Assembly: GCA_030018355.1 (NCBI GenBank)
Contig: JASEFN010000004.1
Span: 152,291 to 216,290, forward strand
Source: Caldisericia bacterium
GTDB taxonomy: Bacteria > Caldisericota > Caldisericia > B22-G15
Direction of reading: 5' to 3'
DNA length: 64,000 nt
Shown: positions 1 through 9,418 of the stretch, one piece after another
How the letters are laid out: every line of letters begins with the position of its first letter
Position numbering within the stretch: position 1 is the first letter of the stretch
Notes under the pieces: generated by a model
What the model was told of the DNA's origin: nothing
The model's database searches: none
What the model saw: the letters and a program-made list of their open reading frames with translations, nothing else
Made by a program: the position numbers and the translations under genes

Positions 1-343
1 TATCTTTCCACAACACCTCTGGATAATCTCTTTTTGAAACTTGAAATGTATATGGATTTTTAATTAAAATAGAAAAAATAGCCATTATAAAAAGAGTAAA
101 ATAGCCTAAAGAACCACTTTTTTCATAAAAAAGGGAAGTTTTTAAAATAGATGTAAAAATTAAAGCAATTAAAAAATAAAAAAGAGTGAATAGATCCATT
201 AAGTTATAATCTTTTCTCTTAAATTGAGGAATAAGAAGGAAAATTGTAATTAAAAGTGGAATTAGGATAGAAAGGATGTTTTTTGAAAAAGAGGTGCTCC
301 AATAAATTATCCAGGGAATAAAAGAAAACAAAATATAAAACAT
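1..343 (-). CDS. Partial CDS (N-terminal ~114 aa, continues past the window edge). Hydrophobic multi-pass membrane protein, function unknown.
   Basis: Hand translation of the - strand from the ATG at 343..341 gives MFYILFSFIPWIIYWSTSFSKNILSILIPLLITIF..., which is open to position 1. It is absent from the ORF track because it is truncated by the window edge. It is strongly hydrophobic. Confidence 0.3.
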   Translation of the reverse strand, partial: MFYILFSFIPWIIYWSTSFSKNILSILIPLLITIFLLIPQFKRKDYNLMDLFTLFYFLIALIFTSILKTSLFYEKSGSLGYFTLFIMAIFSILIKNPYTFQVSKRDYPEVLWKD

Positions 344-363
344 CCCACTTACTTTTACTTTTT

Positions 364-1869
364 TCATTTAGCTACCTCCATAAATTTTATTTTATTATCA
401 TGACAAATTAATTGAATTGTCCAACGAGATGATATAAGAGCAGATGGTAATCCACCACCAAGTAATGTCCAATGACCTGATATATAAAAGTTTTTTAACT
501 TCATAAATTTTCTTGGAATTATAACATTAAAATTTTTAGGAGTCAATAGCCATCCCTCAAATGATCCTTTATAATTTTCAGTATAACGCTCAAATGTAAT
601 TGGTGTTGCAATATCCCAAATTTCAATATCATTTGTAATTTTTGGAAATTTATAATCTAAATTATATAAAATCTCTTCAAATATTCTATTTTTCTCTTTT
701 TTATACTCATCTTTTATATCATAAAGTTTTCTCCAATAATCATAATTACTATTAAAAGCAATAGTGATTAAAGTTTTTCCTTGTGGAGATAAAGTTGGAT
801 CGAAATTATGAATTCTAACTCTCATGCGATTTTCATATTTATTATCAATTTTTATAGATTTTTTTAATGATATATCAAAACCCTCAATTGAATATGGTAA
901 GTCTTTAAAAGTTCTATTAACTCCTAAAGAAATGTATAATAGTGGTGGAAAAATAGGCATATCGAACAATTTTTTAATTTTTTCATCAACATATTTACCT
1001 TCAAGCAATTTAAAAATTGTTTTATATAGATCTGAAGCAGAGATAACTATATCTGAATAGTGTTTTGTTCCATTTTCAAGTTCAACACCAATTGCTTTAT
1101 CATCTTTAATTAAAATCTTTTTTACGGGTGAATTATAGTTTATTTTTCCACCAAGTTCTAAATATCTTTTTTCGATACCTTTGGCAAAAGAAAAAGATCC
1201 ACCAATTGGATACCCTGCTTCTTTTTTATGTAACCATGTTAAAGTTAAAGATAAGAAAAAGAGAGAAAACTCTGGAAACCATAATCTTAAAAAAAGGTTT
1301 TTAAGATGCTGGTTTTTAAATCGGGATGCAAAATCTGAAATTGAAATTTTTGATAAACTTCTCATTAAATTCAAGAAAGGTGCTATTTTTGAAATTAATT
1401 TTAAACCATCATTTAATGTGTACAATTCAGGTGGTTTCTCAAGCGGTTGTTGGAAATCAATTAATTTTTTTGAAAAATTTATAAAACTATCTATTTGATC
1501 TTTATCTTCAGGTGCAAAATTAATCATATTTTCTCTTAAAATGTCAAGATTTGTTGAAAAAGACAAATTTTTTCCATCTTCTGTTTCATAATTTAAATAT
1601 TCATCAAAATACACAAACTCTTTTTCCTGAACTGCACCTATCTCTTCCCAAAATTTATAAAAAGCAGAACTTGGAGATGAACCAACAAGCCAATGAATAC
1701 ATCCATCAATTGTGTAACCATTTCGCTGCCAAGATGTACATAATCCTCCTGGTTTATCATGTTTTTCAAAAATTTGAGTTTGAAAACCGCTCATCTGTGC
1801 ATAACAACCTGCTGATAAACCAGCAACTCCTGCTCCTATAATTATTATTTTTTTCTTATGTGATATCAT
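364..1869 (-). CDS. NAD(P)/FAD-dependent oxidoreductase, phytoene-desaturase (CrtI/COG1233)-like.
   Basis: N-terminal Rossmann dinucleotide-binding motif IIIIGAGVAGLSAG followed by ...KPGGLCTSW..., at about 500 aa. This is typical of CrtI-family amine/phytoene oxidoreductases. Confidence 0.6.
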   Translation of the reverse strand: MISHKKKIIIIGAGVAGLSAGCYAQMSGFQTQIFEKHDKPGGLCTSWQRNGYTIDGCIHWLVGSSPSSAFYKFWEEIGAVQEKEFVYFDEYLNYETEDGKNLSFSTNLDILRENMINFAPEDKDQIDSFINFSKKLIDFQQPLEKPPELYTLNDGLKLISKIAPFLNLMRSLSKISISDFASRFKNQHLKNLFLRLWFPEFSLFFLSLTLTWLHKKEAGYPIGGSFSFAKGIEKRYLELGGKINYNSPVKKILIKDDKAIGVELENGTKHYSDIVISASDLYKTIFKLLEGKYVDEKIKKLFDMPIFPPLLYISLGVNRTFKDLPYSIEGFDISLKKSIKIDNKYENRMRVRIHNFDPTLSPQGKTLITIAFNSNYDYWRKLYDIKDEYKKEKNRIFEEILYNLDYKFPKITNDIEIWDIATPITFERYTENYKGSFEGWLLTPKNFNVIIPRKFMKLKNFYISGHWTLLGGGLPSALISSRWTIQLICHDNKIKFMEVAK

Positions 1870-1937
1870 ATTTTGTCTCTCCTTTCTTTTTTATAAAAAT
1901 TTTATAATAATCTTGTGTTAAAATTAATAAAAGGGAG

Positions 1938-2270
1938 GTGTTGAAAATGAATGGAATAATTCTTAGTTTCTTTTTAAGCATAATTCTATTAATAAGGCTT
2001 CTTCCACTTAATGCAACAACTAATTTAATAGTTAACATAATTTCTGGAGTACTTTTTATTTTACTTGGTTTGTCTGAAGTTAGTGAAAAAGGTTGGAAAG
2101 CTTATATCATATCTTTTGTTGGTCTTCTCTTTATAATTACTTCATTTTTCCCAAAGTTGAGAATAGGAACAAACTATATTACCATTACAATTATTTTCTG
2201 TCTAATAATTATTGCAATATCACTTTATACAGAAACAAAATTATTTAAATTTAAAAGGAAAAAAGAATAA
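1938..2270 (+). CDS. Small hydrophobic membrane protein (3-4 TM), unknown function.
   Basis: A strong RBS (AAGGGAGGTG) sits 7 nt upstream of the ATG, and the sequence has a hydrophobic helical composition. It lies in a divergent intergenic position. Confidence 0.4.
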   Translation: MLKMNGIILSFFLSIILLIRLLPLNATTNLIVNIISGVLFILLGLSEVSEKGWKAYIISFVGLLFIITSFFPKLRIGTNYITITIIFCLIIIAISLYTETKLFKFKRKKE

Positions 2271-2273
2271 ATT

Positions 2274-3440
2274 TTAGAAAAATAGTTTATTTATTATTTT
2301 TTCTATTTGTGAATAAACTTTATTTAGAGGTAAATTTTTCTCTTCTGCAATTCTTTTTATATCTTCATATTCAGGTGTGATCTTTTTGTTATCTCCAAAA
2401 TAAGAGATTTTAACTCTAATTTTTCCAAACTCTGTATCAATTTCTTTTATCTCTCTTTTTAAAAAAATTTTTTCAACTTTATTTATCCTTACTCCAATTG
2501 AAGATGTCTCTCTAAAAATAAAATCTATCAAATCACTTTTATCTTTTTCCTCACACAAAATAGAAATTTTATATGCTGGTCTATTTTTTTTCATATATAT
2601 AGGAGTAAAGAAGAGATCAAGTGCACCTAAGGAGAATGCTTTTTCCATAATAAAGCCAAAAATTTGTGGATTCATATCATCTATATTTGTTTCAATTAAG
2701 ATATTATAATCTTTTAAATAATCCTCTTTCAACTCACCAACAAAAATTCTTAAAATATTTGGTATATCAAAATCTTTTTCTCCCAGACCATAACCTATTT
2801 TTTCAATTCTCATTAATGGGACATCTCCAAAAGTTTCAGCAAGAGTTGTAATAATTGCAGCACCTGTTGGAGTTGTTATTTCACCAATAACTCCGTTTGA
2901 ATAAATTGGTACTCCTTTTAAAAGTTCTAAAGTCGCTGGTGTTGGAACTGGAAAAACTCCATGAGAGATTTTTACAAAACCGCTACCTACTGGAACTGGT
3001 GATGAATAAATCTTTTCAATATTTAATATCTCTATACCAACAACAGAACCAACAACATCAATTATTGTATCTATTCCACCAATTTCATGAAGATGTACAC
3101 TACTTTTATCCTCATTATGTATTTTTGCTTCAGCATCAATTAATCTCTCTAAAATTTTAATGCTTTTCTCTTTAACACTCTCTTTTAATGAACTTTTTTC
3201 AACAATTTTTATAAGATCAACTCCTTTTCGTTCCTCTTCTTTTTCATAAATTTTTATGTCAAATTTTGTACCAAAAATTCCTTTTTTCTCTTTCTTATTT
3301 GCTTCTAAATCAAAACCTTTTAAATTTAATTTATTAATCTCCTCTTTTAAATCTGATAAAGAAAGACCTGCATCAAGAAGTGAACCAATTATCATATCTC
3401 CACTTACACCATTTACTAAATCAAAATAAGCAATATTCAT
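2274..3440 (-). CDS. larC: LarC-like nickel insertion protein (UPF0272/DUF111). CTP-dependent nickel chelatase of nickel-pincer nucleotide (NPN) cofactor biosynthesis.
   Basis: N-terminus MNIAYFDLVNGVSGDMIIGSLLDAG is characteristic of the DUF111/LarC family. It is 388 aa and overlaps larB by 4 nt in a larE-larB-larC operon. Confidence 0.7.
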   Translation of the reverse strand: MNIAYFDLVNGVSGDMIIGSLLDAGLSLSDLKEEINKLNLKGFDLEANKKEKKGIFGTKFDIKIYEKEEERKGVDLIKIVEKSSLKESVKEKSIKILERLIDAEAKIHNEDKSSVHLHEIGGIDTIIDVVGSVVGIEILNIEKIYSSPVPVGSGFVKISHGVFPVPTPATLELLKGVPIYSNGVIGEITTPTGAAIITTLAETFGDVPLMRIEKIGYGLGEKDFDIPNILRIFVGELKEDYLKDYNILIETNIDDMNPQIFGFIMEKAFSLGALDLFFTPIYMKKNRPAYKISILCEEKDKSDLIDFIFRETSSIGVRINKVEKIFLKREIKEIDTEFGKIRVKISYFGDNKKITPEYEDIKRIAEEKNLPLNKVYSQIEKIINKLFF

Positions 3441-4192
3441 TCGCTCTCTCCAATTTTATTTATTAAACTTGCTACAAAACCTGCTCCAAAACCATTATCA
3501 ATATTTACAACTGCAACTCCAGGGGAACATGAATTAAGCATTGTTAAAAGAGCACTGACTCCACCAAAATTTGCTCCATAGCCAACACTTGTTGGAACAG
3601 CAATAACTGGAACATTTACCAATCCACCAACAACACTTGGAAGAACTCCATCCATTCCTGCTACAACAATAAGAACTTTTGCTTCTCTTATTTTTTGTAG
3701 ATTATCAAAAAGCCTATGAATTCCTGCAACTCCAACATCATAAATTTTTTCAACACTATTTCCCATAATTTTTGCAGTTTCATATGCCTCTTCTGCAACA
3801 GGAATATCAGAGGTACCAGCAGTAAGAATTATAATTTTTCCTACTTCTTTTGGTTTTTCTTCACAAATTGAAATTGTTTTAGCAAAAGGATTAAATTCAG
3901 CATTTTCTATTTTATCTTTTACAAGTTTAAATAAATTTTCGTTTGCTCTTGTTGCAAGAATTTTTTTTGATTTCTCATAAAGTTTTAAAATTATCTTTAA
4001 AGCATCTTCATCTTTTTTTCTTTCACAAAAAACAACTTCAGGAAAACCTTTTCTTATCTCTCTTAAGTGATCAACTTTTGCAAAACCAAGATCTTCATAA
4101 GGAAGTTCTTGAATAATTTTTAATATCTCTTCAAGATTAATTTTATTTTCTTTAAAATCCAATAAAATCTTCTTTAAATAATCTAAATCCAT
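3437..4192 (-). CDS. larB: LarB-like pyridinium-3,5-biscarboxylic acid mononucleotide synthase (PurE-like carboxylase).
   Basis: C-terminal PurE/AIR-carboxylase-like domain (IIILTAGTSDIPVAEEA...VGVAGIHRL...VIAVPTSVGYG). It is 251 aa and is operonic with larE and larC. Confidence 0.7.
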   Translation of the reverse strand: MDLDYLKKILLDFKENKINLEEILKIIQELPYEDLGFAKVDHLREIRKGFPEVVFCERKKDEDALKIILKLYEKSKKILATRANENLFKLVKDKIENAEFNPFAKTISICEEKPKEVGKIIILTAGTSDIPVAEEAYETAKIMGNSVEKIYDVGVAGIHRLFDNLQKIREAKVLIVVAGMDGVLPSVVGGLVNVPVIAVPTSVGYGANFGGVSALLTMLNSCSPGVAVVNIDNGFGAGFVASLINKIGESE

Positions 4193-4998
4193 TTTAAACT
4201 TTTAACCAAATTTTTATTTTTCTCTTTATTGTATCCATTTAAATCAACAAAAACCTTCTCAAAGCCAATTTCTTTTAATTTTTGATTTATTTTATCACTG
4301 TTTTTAAAAACAATCTCTAACTCCTCTTTTAATACTTCAATTTTTGCAAAATTCCCTAAAATTCTTACCCTTATAAGAGATAAACCTAAATCTTTCAAAA
4401 ATGTTTCTCCTTCTTCAATTTTTTTTAGTTTTTCATAAGTTATTTTATCTTTATATGGAATTCTTGTTGCAAGACAAGATTGAGGAGGCTTATTCCAAAT
4501 AGGAATATTAAATCTTTTAGCAAGTGATCTTATTTCATCTTTGGTAAATTTTAACTCAAGAAGAGGAGAAATTATTTTAAGTTCTTTTAGTGCTTTTAAG
4601 CCAGGTCTATAGTCACTCAAATCATCAAAATTTGTTCCATCTAATATATTTTCAAAACCTAATGAATGAGAAAAATTTAAAATTTCTGAAAAAATCCTCT
4701 TTTTACAAAAATAACATCTCTTTTCACTATTTTTAACTATTTCTTCATCATCCAAAATTTTAATTTTAATAATAAAATTTTTTATTTTTCTCTCTTGAGT
4801 AAATTTTTTTATGAACTCAATCTCTTCTCTTTTTTGAAACTCACTATCAATTGTTATTGCAATTACATTATCATTTAACACTTCATGTGAGAGAGTTAAA
4901 AGGAACGTTGAATCAACACCACCAGATGAAGCAATTGCAACTTTTTTAAGGCTTTTTAAATAGTTTTTAAGATTTTCTAATTTCTCCTCTAACTCCAT
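4183..4998 (-). CDS. larE: LarE-like ATP-dependent sulfur transferase (PP-loop ATP pyrophosphatase).
   Basis: PP-loop SGGVDS motif near the N-terminus (VAIASSGGVDSTFLL). It is 271 aa and is the first gene of the lar operon. Confidence 0.7.
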   Translation of the reverse strand: MELEEKLENLKNYLKSLKKVAIASSGGVDSTFLLTLSHEVLNDNVIAITIDSEFQKREEIEFIKKFTQERKIKNFIIKIKILDDEEIVKNSEKRCYFCKKRIFSEILNFSHSLGFENILDGTNFDDLSDYRPGLKALKELKIISPLLELKFTKDEIRSLAKRFNIPIWNKPPQSCLATRIPYKDKITYEKLKKIEEGETFLKDLGLSLIRVRILGNFAKIEVLKEELEIVFKNSDKINQKLKEIGFEKVFVDLNGYNKEKNKNLVKSLKWI

Positions 4999-5004
4999 TA
5001 AAAT

Positions 5005-5313
5005 TTATCTATCCTCTTCTTCTCCTAAATCCTCTTCCCAAATATCTTCTTCGTCTTCTTCCTCTTCTTCAAATTCTTCTTCAAAATCTTCTTCAATTTC
5101 ACTTATTATATCTTGAAGACTATCTTCTCTTTCTCTTATTTTTTCAATCAAGATTTCTCTTAATTCATCTTCATCATATAACTCTTCTAAAATTTCAAAA
5201 ATGTCGTAATTGTCAAGTGTTTGGAGTTCTTCGTAAATGTCATCAATTAACTCTTTTAAATCTTCATAATCTTTATAACTTTTTAAATCTCTAATAAGAT
5301 CTTCTATTCTCAT
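5005..5313 (-). CDS. Hyper-acidic small protein (102 aa; more than 40% D+E; poly-Glu C-terminal tail). Function unknown.
   Basis: An RBS (AAGGAGAG) sits 6 nt upstream of the ATG. The sequence ...EEDFEEEFEEEEEDEEDIWEEDLGEEEDR is not low-complexity in its first 70 aa, which are predicted helical. It lies 7 nt upstream of larE on the same strand. Confidence 0.5.
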   Translation of the reverse strand: MRIEDLIRDLKSYKDYEDLKELIDDIYEELQTLDNYDIFEILEELYDEDELREILIEKIREREDSLQDIISEIEEDFEEEFEEEEEDEEDIWEEDLGEEEDR

Positions 5314-5381
5314 ATTAACTCTCCTTTTTTAAAAGAAATTACATTTTATATTTTACAAGTTTTTAAAGATTTTTAAATATA

Positions 5382-6149
5382 TTAATCTCTTATTTTTGGT
5401 TCATAAAATAGTTCTATAAAACTATCCCAATATGATGGAAGTGTATCCCATGGATTTGGTTCAGAGTCATCTGTACAATAGATAAAACCAATATTATCTG
5501 ATTTATTAATAACTATTTTTGTTTTCTCAAAGTTTTTAACATCATAAACCAAAACTGCAAAGCGACTTCTTGGATAATTTTTCACATATTCAGGAAATTT
5601 ATGTTTTAAAAAATTTGAATAGTTATCTTCAAAAATAACAATTGTATCACCTATTTTCTCTTTTAAAAACTCTTCATCAATAGAAATTCCAGGATTTAAA
5701 ATAACCCACTTAAACCCTCTCTTTTTAGCATAGTTATAAATTTCTTTATAATATTGAATTGATTCAGAGGAGTTATTTACCTCATCGTAAAATATTCCAA
5801 ATAAATTGTAATTTTTATAAAATTTTAAATATTTTTCAACATCCTCTTTTACTTTGTCTAAATCTCTTTTTCCATAATTTGTTGGTATATAACAAAAAAT
5901 TTTAATTCCTTTAATATTTATAAGAGATAAACCAATCTCATAATCTGGATTGATAGAATCTCCTGGCCCATCATCTGGATTTATAATTACCCAAATTTCA
6001 GTGTTTTGGTGTGTATCTTTTAGTCTTTTCCATTGATAAGATTCATCCCAATGGTTTGGATAGATATAAAAGGGAAAAAGAACTCTTTTATTAACAAACA
6101 AAATACTTCTTATATCACTAATAAATATCAAATTTAAAATTATAATCAA
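5382..6149 (-). CDS. Spherulation-specific family 4 (Spherulin-4)-like protein with an N-terminal hydrophobic signal or anchor. Putative glycoside-hydrolase-like TIM barrel.
   Basis: A hydrophobic N-terminus is followed by FPFYIYPNHWDES...VIINPDDGPGD...PWDTLPSYWDSF. This resembles the conserved YxYP...W/NPxxGPG blocks of the Spherulin4 family. Confidence 0.4.
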   Translation of the reverse strand: MIIILNLIFISDIRSILFVNKRVLFPFYIYPNHWDESYQWKRLKDTHQNTEIWVIINPDDGPGDSINPDYEIGLSLINIKGIKIFCYIPTNYGKRDLDKVKEDVEKYLKFYKNYNLFGIFYDEVNNSSESIQYYKEIYNYAKKRGFKWVILNPGISIDEEFLKEKIGDTIVIFEDNYSNFLKHKFPEYVKNYPRSRFAVLVYDVKNFEKTKIVINKSDNIGFIYCTDDSEPNPWDTLPSYWDSFIELFYEPKIRD

Positions 6150-6880
6150 AAAATTATTTTTAAAAATAAATTTTTTAAAAACTCTTTAATCATTAATAAA
6201 ATTATAAAAAAACTTTTAAAAATTTCAGCACAAACAAGTTTATGTCCTGGAATTCTTTGAAAAAAATTCTTAAAAATTGATTTTAAATAATTTTTAATTA
6301 GTTTTAATCTTTTAGGCAAGATATAACAAAGAATATTTAGGATACAAATTAATTATACAAACTTTGATTCTAATCTTTTCTTTTTTTACAAATTTCTTAC
6401 TTTCTGTTATGGAGTTAAAAATCAAAATTTTTACAATAACTTAAAATAGTTGTTGTTTGAAAATTCCTAATTACTTTCTTAAGAATAAATAATATGTGCA
6501 ATGAGGAAAAAATATTTTATTTTTTGTGCTATTTTAGAGTATGTTAAAAAGGTATGAGCAACGAATATCTGAGCTACTTTTGAATTACAAATTATAAAAG
6601 GAATTACAATTTTTCTTTTTTTTGAAATATTTATTATACAAATTGCTTCAACTACTTTATCCAAAATAATTGTTTTTTATAAAAAATAATATCTTATTCG
6701 TGTAAACTTAGAATCATTCTCCAATTATGAGACTTATTTTAATGAATAGTAAAATCTTTTAAAATTTTTATTTTTTCATTAACTTTAATATAGAAAACTC
6801 TTTATTAAAAAATAATTTATTTTTAAAAAATTTTGATACTTGTTTAGAAAAGATTAGTTCATCATGTATAATAAAATATT

Positions 6881-9418
6881 TTATTCATTTAATAATTCTA
6901 TACCTGCTTGTTCAAAAGCCTCAAGAACTTTATCTTCATATTCAGATTTTGTTATTTTTCCTTCTTTTGCCTCAATTTTTAACTCAACATTTACATTTTC
7001 AAATTTCTGATTTATAAAGTGTAAAACATTTGCAACATCAACTAATTTATTTTTAGGAATTTTTAATTTCAATTTAATTTCATTCATTAAATTTTGATCT
7101 TTTATTACAACTTCTGGTGGTTGTGGTTCTATCATTATGTTATTATCTACTTCAACATCAATTAAAGTTTGTGATTCAACAAATTTTTCTTCTTCTTTTC
7201 TACACAATTTTTTGTTTATTAAAAACATATCTTCGATTGATTCATTTGTTATATCTTCATTGAAAAATTTACATTTAATCTCTTCACCCTCTTTATAACC
7301 AATTCCAAACAAACCATTCTTCACACCATCTTTTATGCCCTTTAAAATAACTTCATCATTTTTAATTCTCATTTCACCTGGGGTTTTATAAAATAGTTCA
7401 ATAAATGATTTTATTTCTATATACTCTGAATTTTTTAAATATTTTTCTTCAATTATTTTTGCTGATAATTTTTCAAGAATTTCTTCATCAACTTTTAATT
7501 TTTCATATATAACAGAATCGAGGTATGCTAATGCACCATATGTTGGAATACCAAGATTTATTTCTTTAAACCCATATTTATTTGGAATAGAAATTAATCT
7601 ATAATAACTCATTAAATTAAACGAAGAACTGGATTCATTATTTTTTATTTTTACTAAAATATTATTTTTTTGATTTTCTGTTAAATTATAAGTACTTTCA
7701 TTTTTTAATTTTTCGTAAGCAATTTTATCTTTAATAAAATTTTCGATATTAATTTTCTCTGATTCCATAGGATATGAGAATATTAGTGTATTTTTATAAA
7801 TTCTTGGCCTCTCACCATAATTTTCATATATTTTTTGAATATCATCCTTATTTTTTAATATCACAAGTTTTAATCTCTTATCATCAGGAATATCATTTGA
7901 AAAGTTTGGCCAAATCTTAATAACAAATTCTGATTTTGAAGAAATTGTTTTTTGAATTAATTTTTTTAATTCTTCCTCTATTTCATTATTTGTAATATTC
8001 TCTTTAATAGTAAGAATAACTCTGTTTAAATTTGGTTGATTTGTGAAAAATAAGCCACTATCTGAAAGATAAAATAGTTTCTCTTTGAGTTTTTCTATTG
8101 CTTCAACAATTATTGCGCTTGATTCTTTTGGTATCACAGTTGATAATTTAATTTCATTCATTGAGGCCCCTCTTTCTTTTCCGCCAGAAAATGAATATAA
8201 AAAAATTGTTGTTGCTATTTTTGTTCCAAGACTATATGAAAGATAAGATATGCCTAAATCTTTATCAACAATTTTTGCACCTGAATTAAAAGATGTGATA
8301 TCAGCAGAAATTACACTATCATATTCTTGACCAATGTGTTTTATTAATTCTCTTCTTATTTCAGTATTATTTAAATCAAAATCTGAAATTCTAATGAAGG
8401 GTATTTCTTTTTTTAGAAGAGAATGAACAACTAATGCAAGTATTCTTAAAACCCCTCTTGTTCTTTGAAATGTTGGAAAACTCCCCCATCGTTTGTATAA
8501 AACATCAATAACTTCGGGTTGAAAAGGATAACTTTTTATAAATTTTTCTCTATATAAACTTTTTTCAATACCTTGTGGTATCAAATTTTCTCTCTCTAAA
8601 TAATCAATATAATCATCAATAACCTTTTTTGCTTCATGCTCATCAATATAACTAAATAATCTTCTTTTTATCACATCTGCAACTTCTTCATCTTTAACTG
8701 GAGTATAAATTTTCTCTATTCTTCCGACAATCTTCTGAAGTTGCTGAAAAACTTTTTCTCCAGTTTCATCATAATGTTCAATTATGCTTGATGGAAGGGA
8801 TAAAATTAAAACTGCATTACCAATTGAAGAAATTGATTGGGTTAATTCTTGAATAAAAGCAAGAGTTTGGGCAGCTAAATTTGAATCACCAACCTTAACT
8901 CCAGATGCTTTTGTCAGATATTCAAGAACCTCATCCATAAGAATTAAAATTGGTAGTTTATTTTTAAGCAAATTTTCTATATTTTCTCTTCCTGGTGAAA
9001 CCTTTTGTTTTAGTTTTTCAACTTTTCCTGTTAATTGTTTTTCCATTTCTTCCCATAATGTTGTATCCTTCGGATTTAAAACTGTTCCATCGATTACAAC
9101 TATATTTACATTTTTTTCTTTCGCCTTATGATAGAGTGCTATTAATGAATGAGTTTTACCACCACCAAATGGAGTTTGAAGTTGAATTACAGAATCACCT
9201 ACTCCTGAAAATAATCTTTTTTCAACAACATCTATCAGATTTTTAAGTCCATCAGTTAAATAAGTTTTTCTAAAGAAAATATCACTATTTTTATATTCAT
9301 CTGGTGCTTCACTTGTATGAACTTTCCAAAGGTCTGCTGCAAAAACATCCATTGTAAGTCTTCCTTCAAGGATGTCATTGTGAGGCCTTGCAATTTTTAA
9401 AAAAGATATATTATTCAT
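6881..9418 (-). CDS. DUF499-family P-loop ATPase. This is the third gene of the helicase-methylase-ATPase module.
   Basis: The N-terminus [13 protein letters not shown]...APDEYKN...[11 protein letters not shown]...[12 protein letters not shown] matches the DUF499 signature and includes a GGGKTHS Walker A. A Walker B motif [12 protein letters not shown] is present. It is 845 aa and overlaps the upstream methyltransferase gene by 4 nt. Confidence 0.65.
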   Translation of the reverse strand: MNNISFLKIARPHNDILEGRLTMDVFAADLWKVHTSEAPDEYKNSDIFFRKTYLTDGLKNLIDVVEKRLFSGVGDSVIQLQTPFGGGKTHSLIALYHKAKEKNVNIVVIDGTVLNPKDTTLWEEMEKQLTGKVEKLKQKVSPGRENIENLLKNKLPILILMDEVLEYLTKASGVKVGDSNLAAQTLAFIQELTQSISSIGNAVLILSLPSSIIEHYDETGEKVFQQLQKIVGRIEKIYTPVKDEEVADVIKRRLFSYIDEHEAKKVIDDYIDYLERENLIPQGIEKSLYREKFIKSYPFQPEVIDVLYKRWGSFPTFQRTRGVLRILALVVHSLLKKEIPFIRISDFDLNNTEIRRELIKHIGQEYDSVISADITSFNSGAKIVDKDLGISYLSYSLGTKIATTIFLYSFSGGKERGASMNEIKLSTVIPKESSAIIVEAIEKLKEKLFYLSDSGLFFTNQPNLNRVILTIKENITNNEIEEELKKLIQKTISSKSEFVIKIWPNFSNDIPDDKRLKLVILKNKDDIQKIYENYGERPRIYKNTLIFSYPMESEKINIENFIKDKIAYEKLKNESTYNLTENQKNNILVKIKNNESSSSFNLMSYYRLISIPNKYGFKEINLGIPTYGALAYLDSVIYEKLKVDEEILEKLSAKIIEEKYLKNSEYIEIKSFIELFYKTPGEMRIKNDEVILKGIKDGVKNGLFGIGYKEGEEIKCKFFNEDITNESIEDMFLINKKLCRKEEEKFVESQTLIDVEVDNNIMIEPQPPEVVIKDQNLMNEIKLKLKIPKNKLVDVANVLHFINQKFENVNVELKIEAKEGKITKSEYEDKVLEAFEQAGIELLNE

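Noticed and set aside
2666-3160. Multiple 60-110-aa antisense ORFs inside larC, cas genes, ftsH and others (for example 2666..2851, 2897..3160, 54797..55069, 55072..55659)
   Set aside because: They are embedded antisense within strongly supported genes, have AT-biased low-complexity translations and no RBS. I treat them as frame artefacts.
6479-6664. 61-aa ORF in the 730-bp intergenic tract
   Set aside because: It is low-complexity and AT-rich, with no RBS and no recognisable domain. I treat it as non-coding.
6881-9418. DUF499 ATPase as BrxC/PglY of a BREX system
   Set aside because: No PglZ, BrxL or PglX-type methyltransferase is present. The partner MTase is the DUF1156 Zn-ribbon type, and the helicase is SNF2 with a DUF3883 domain. 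These define the separate helicase/methylase/ATPase family rather than BREX.
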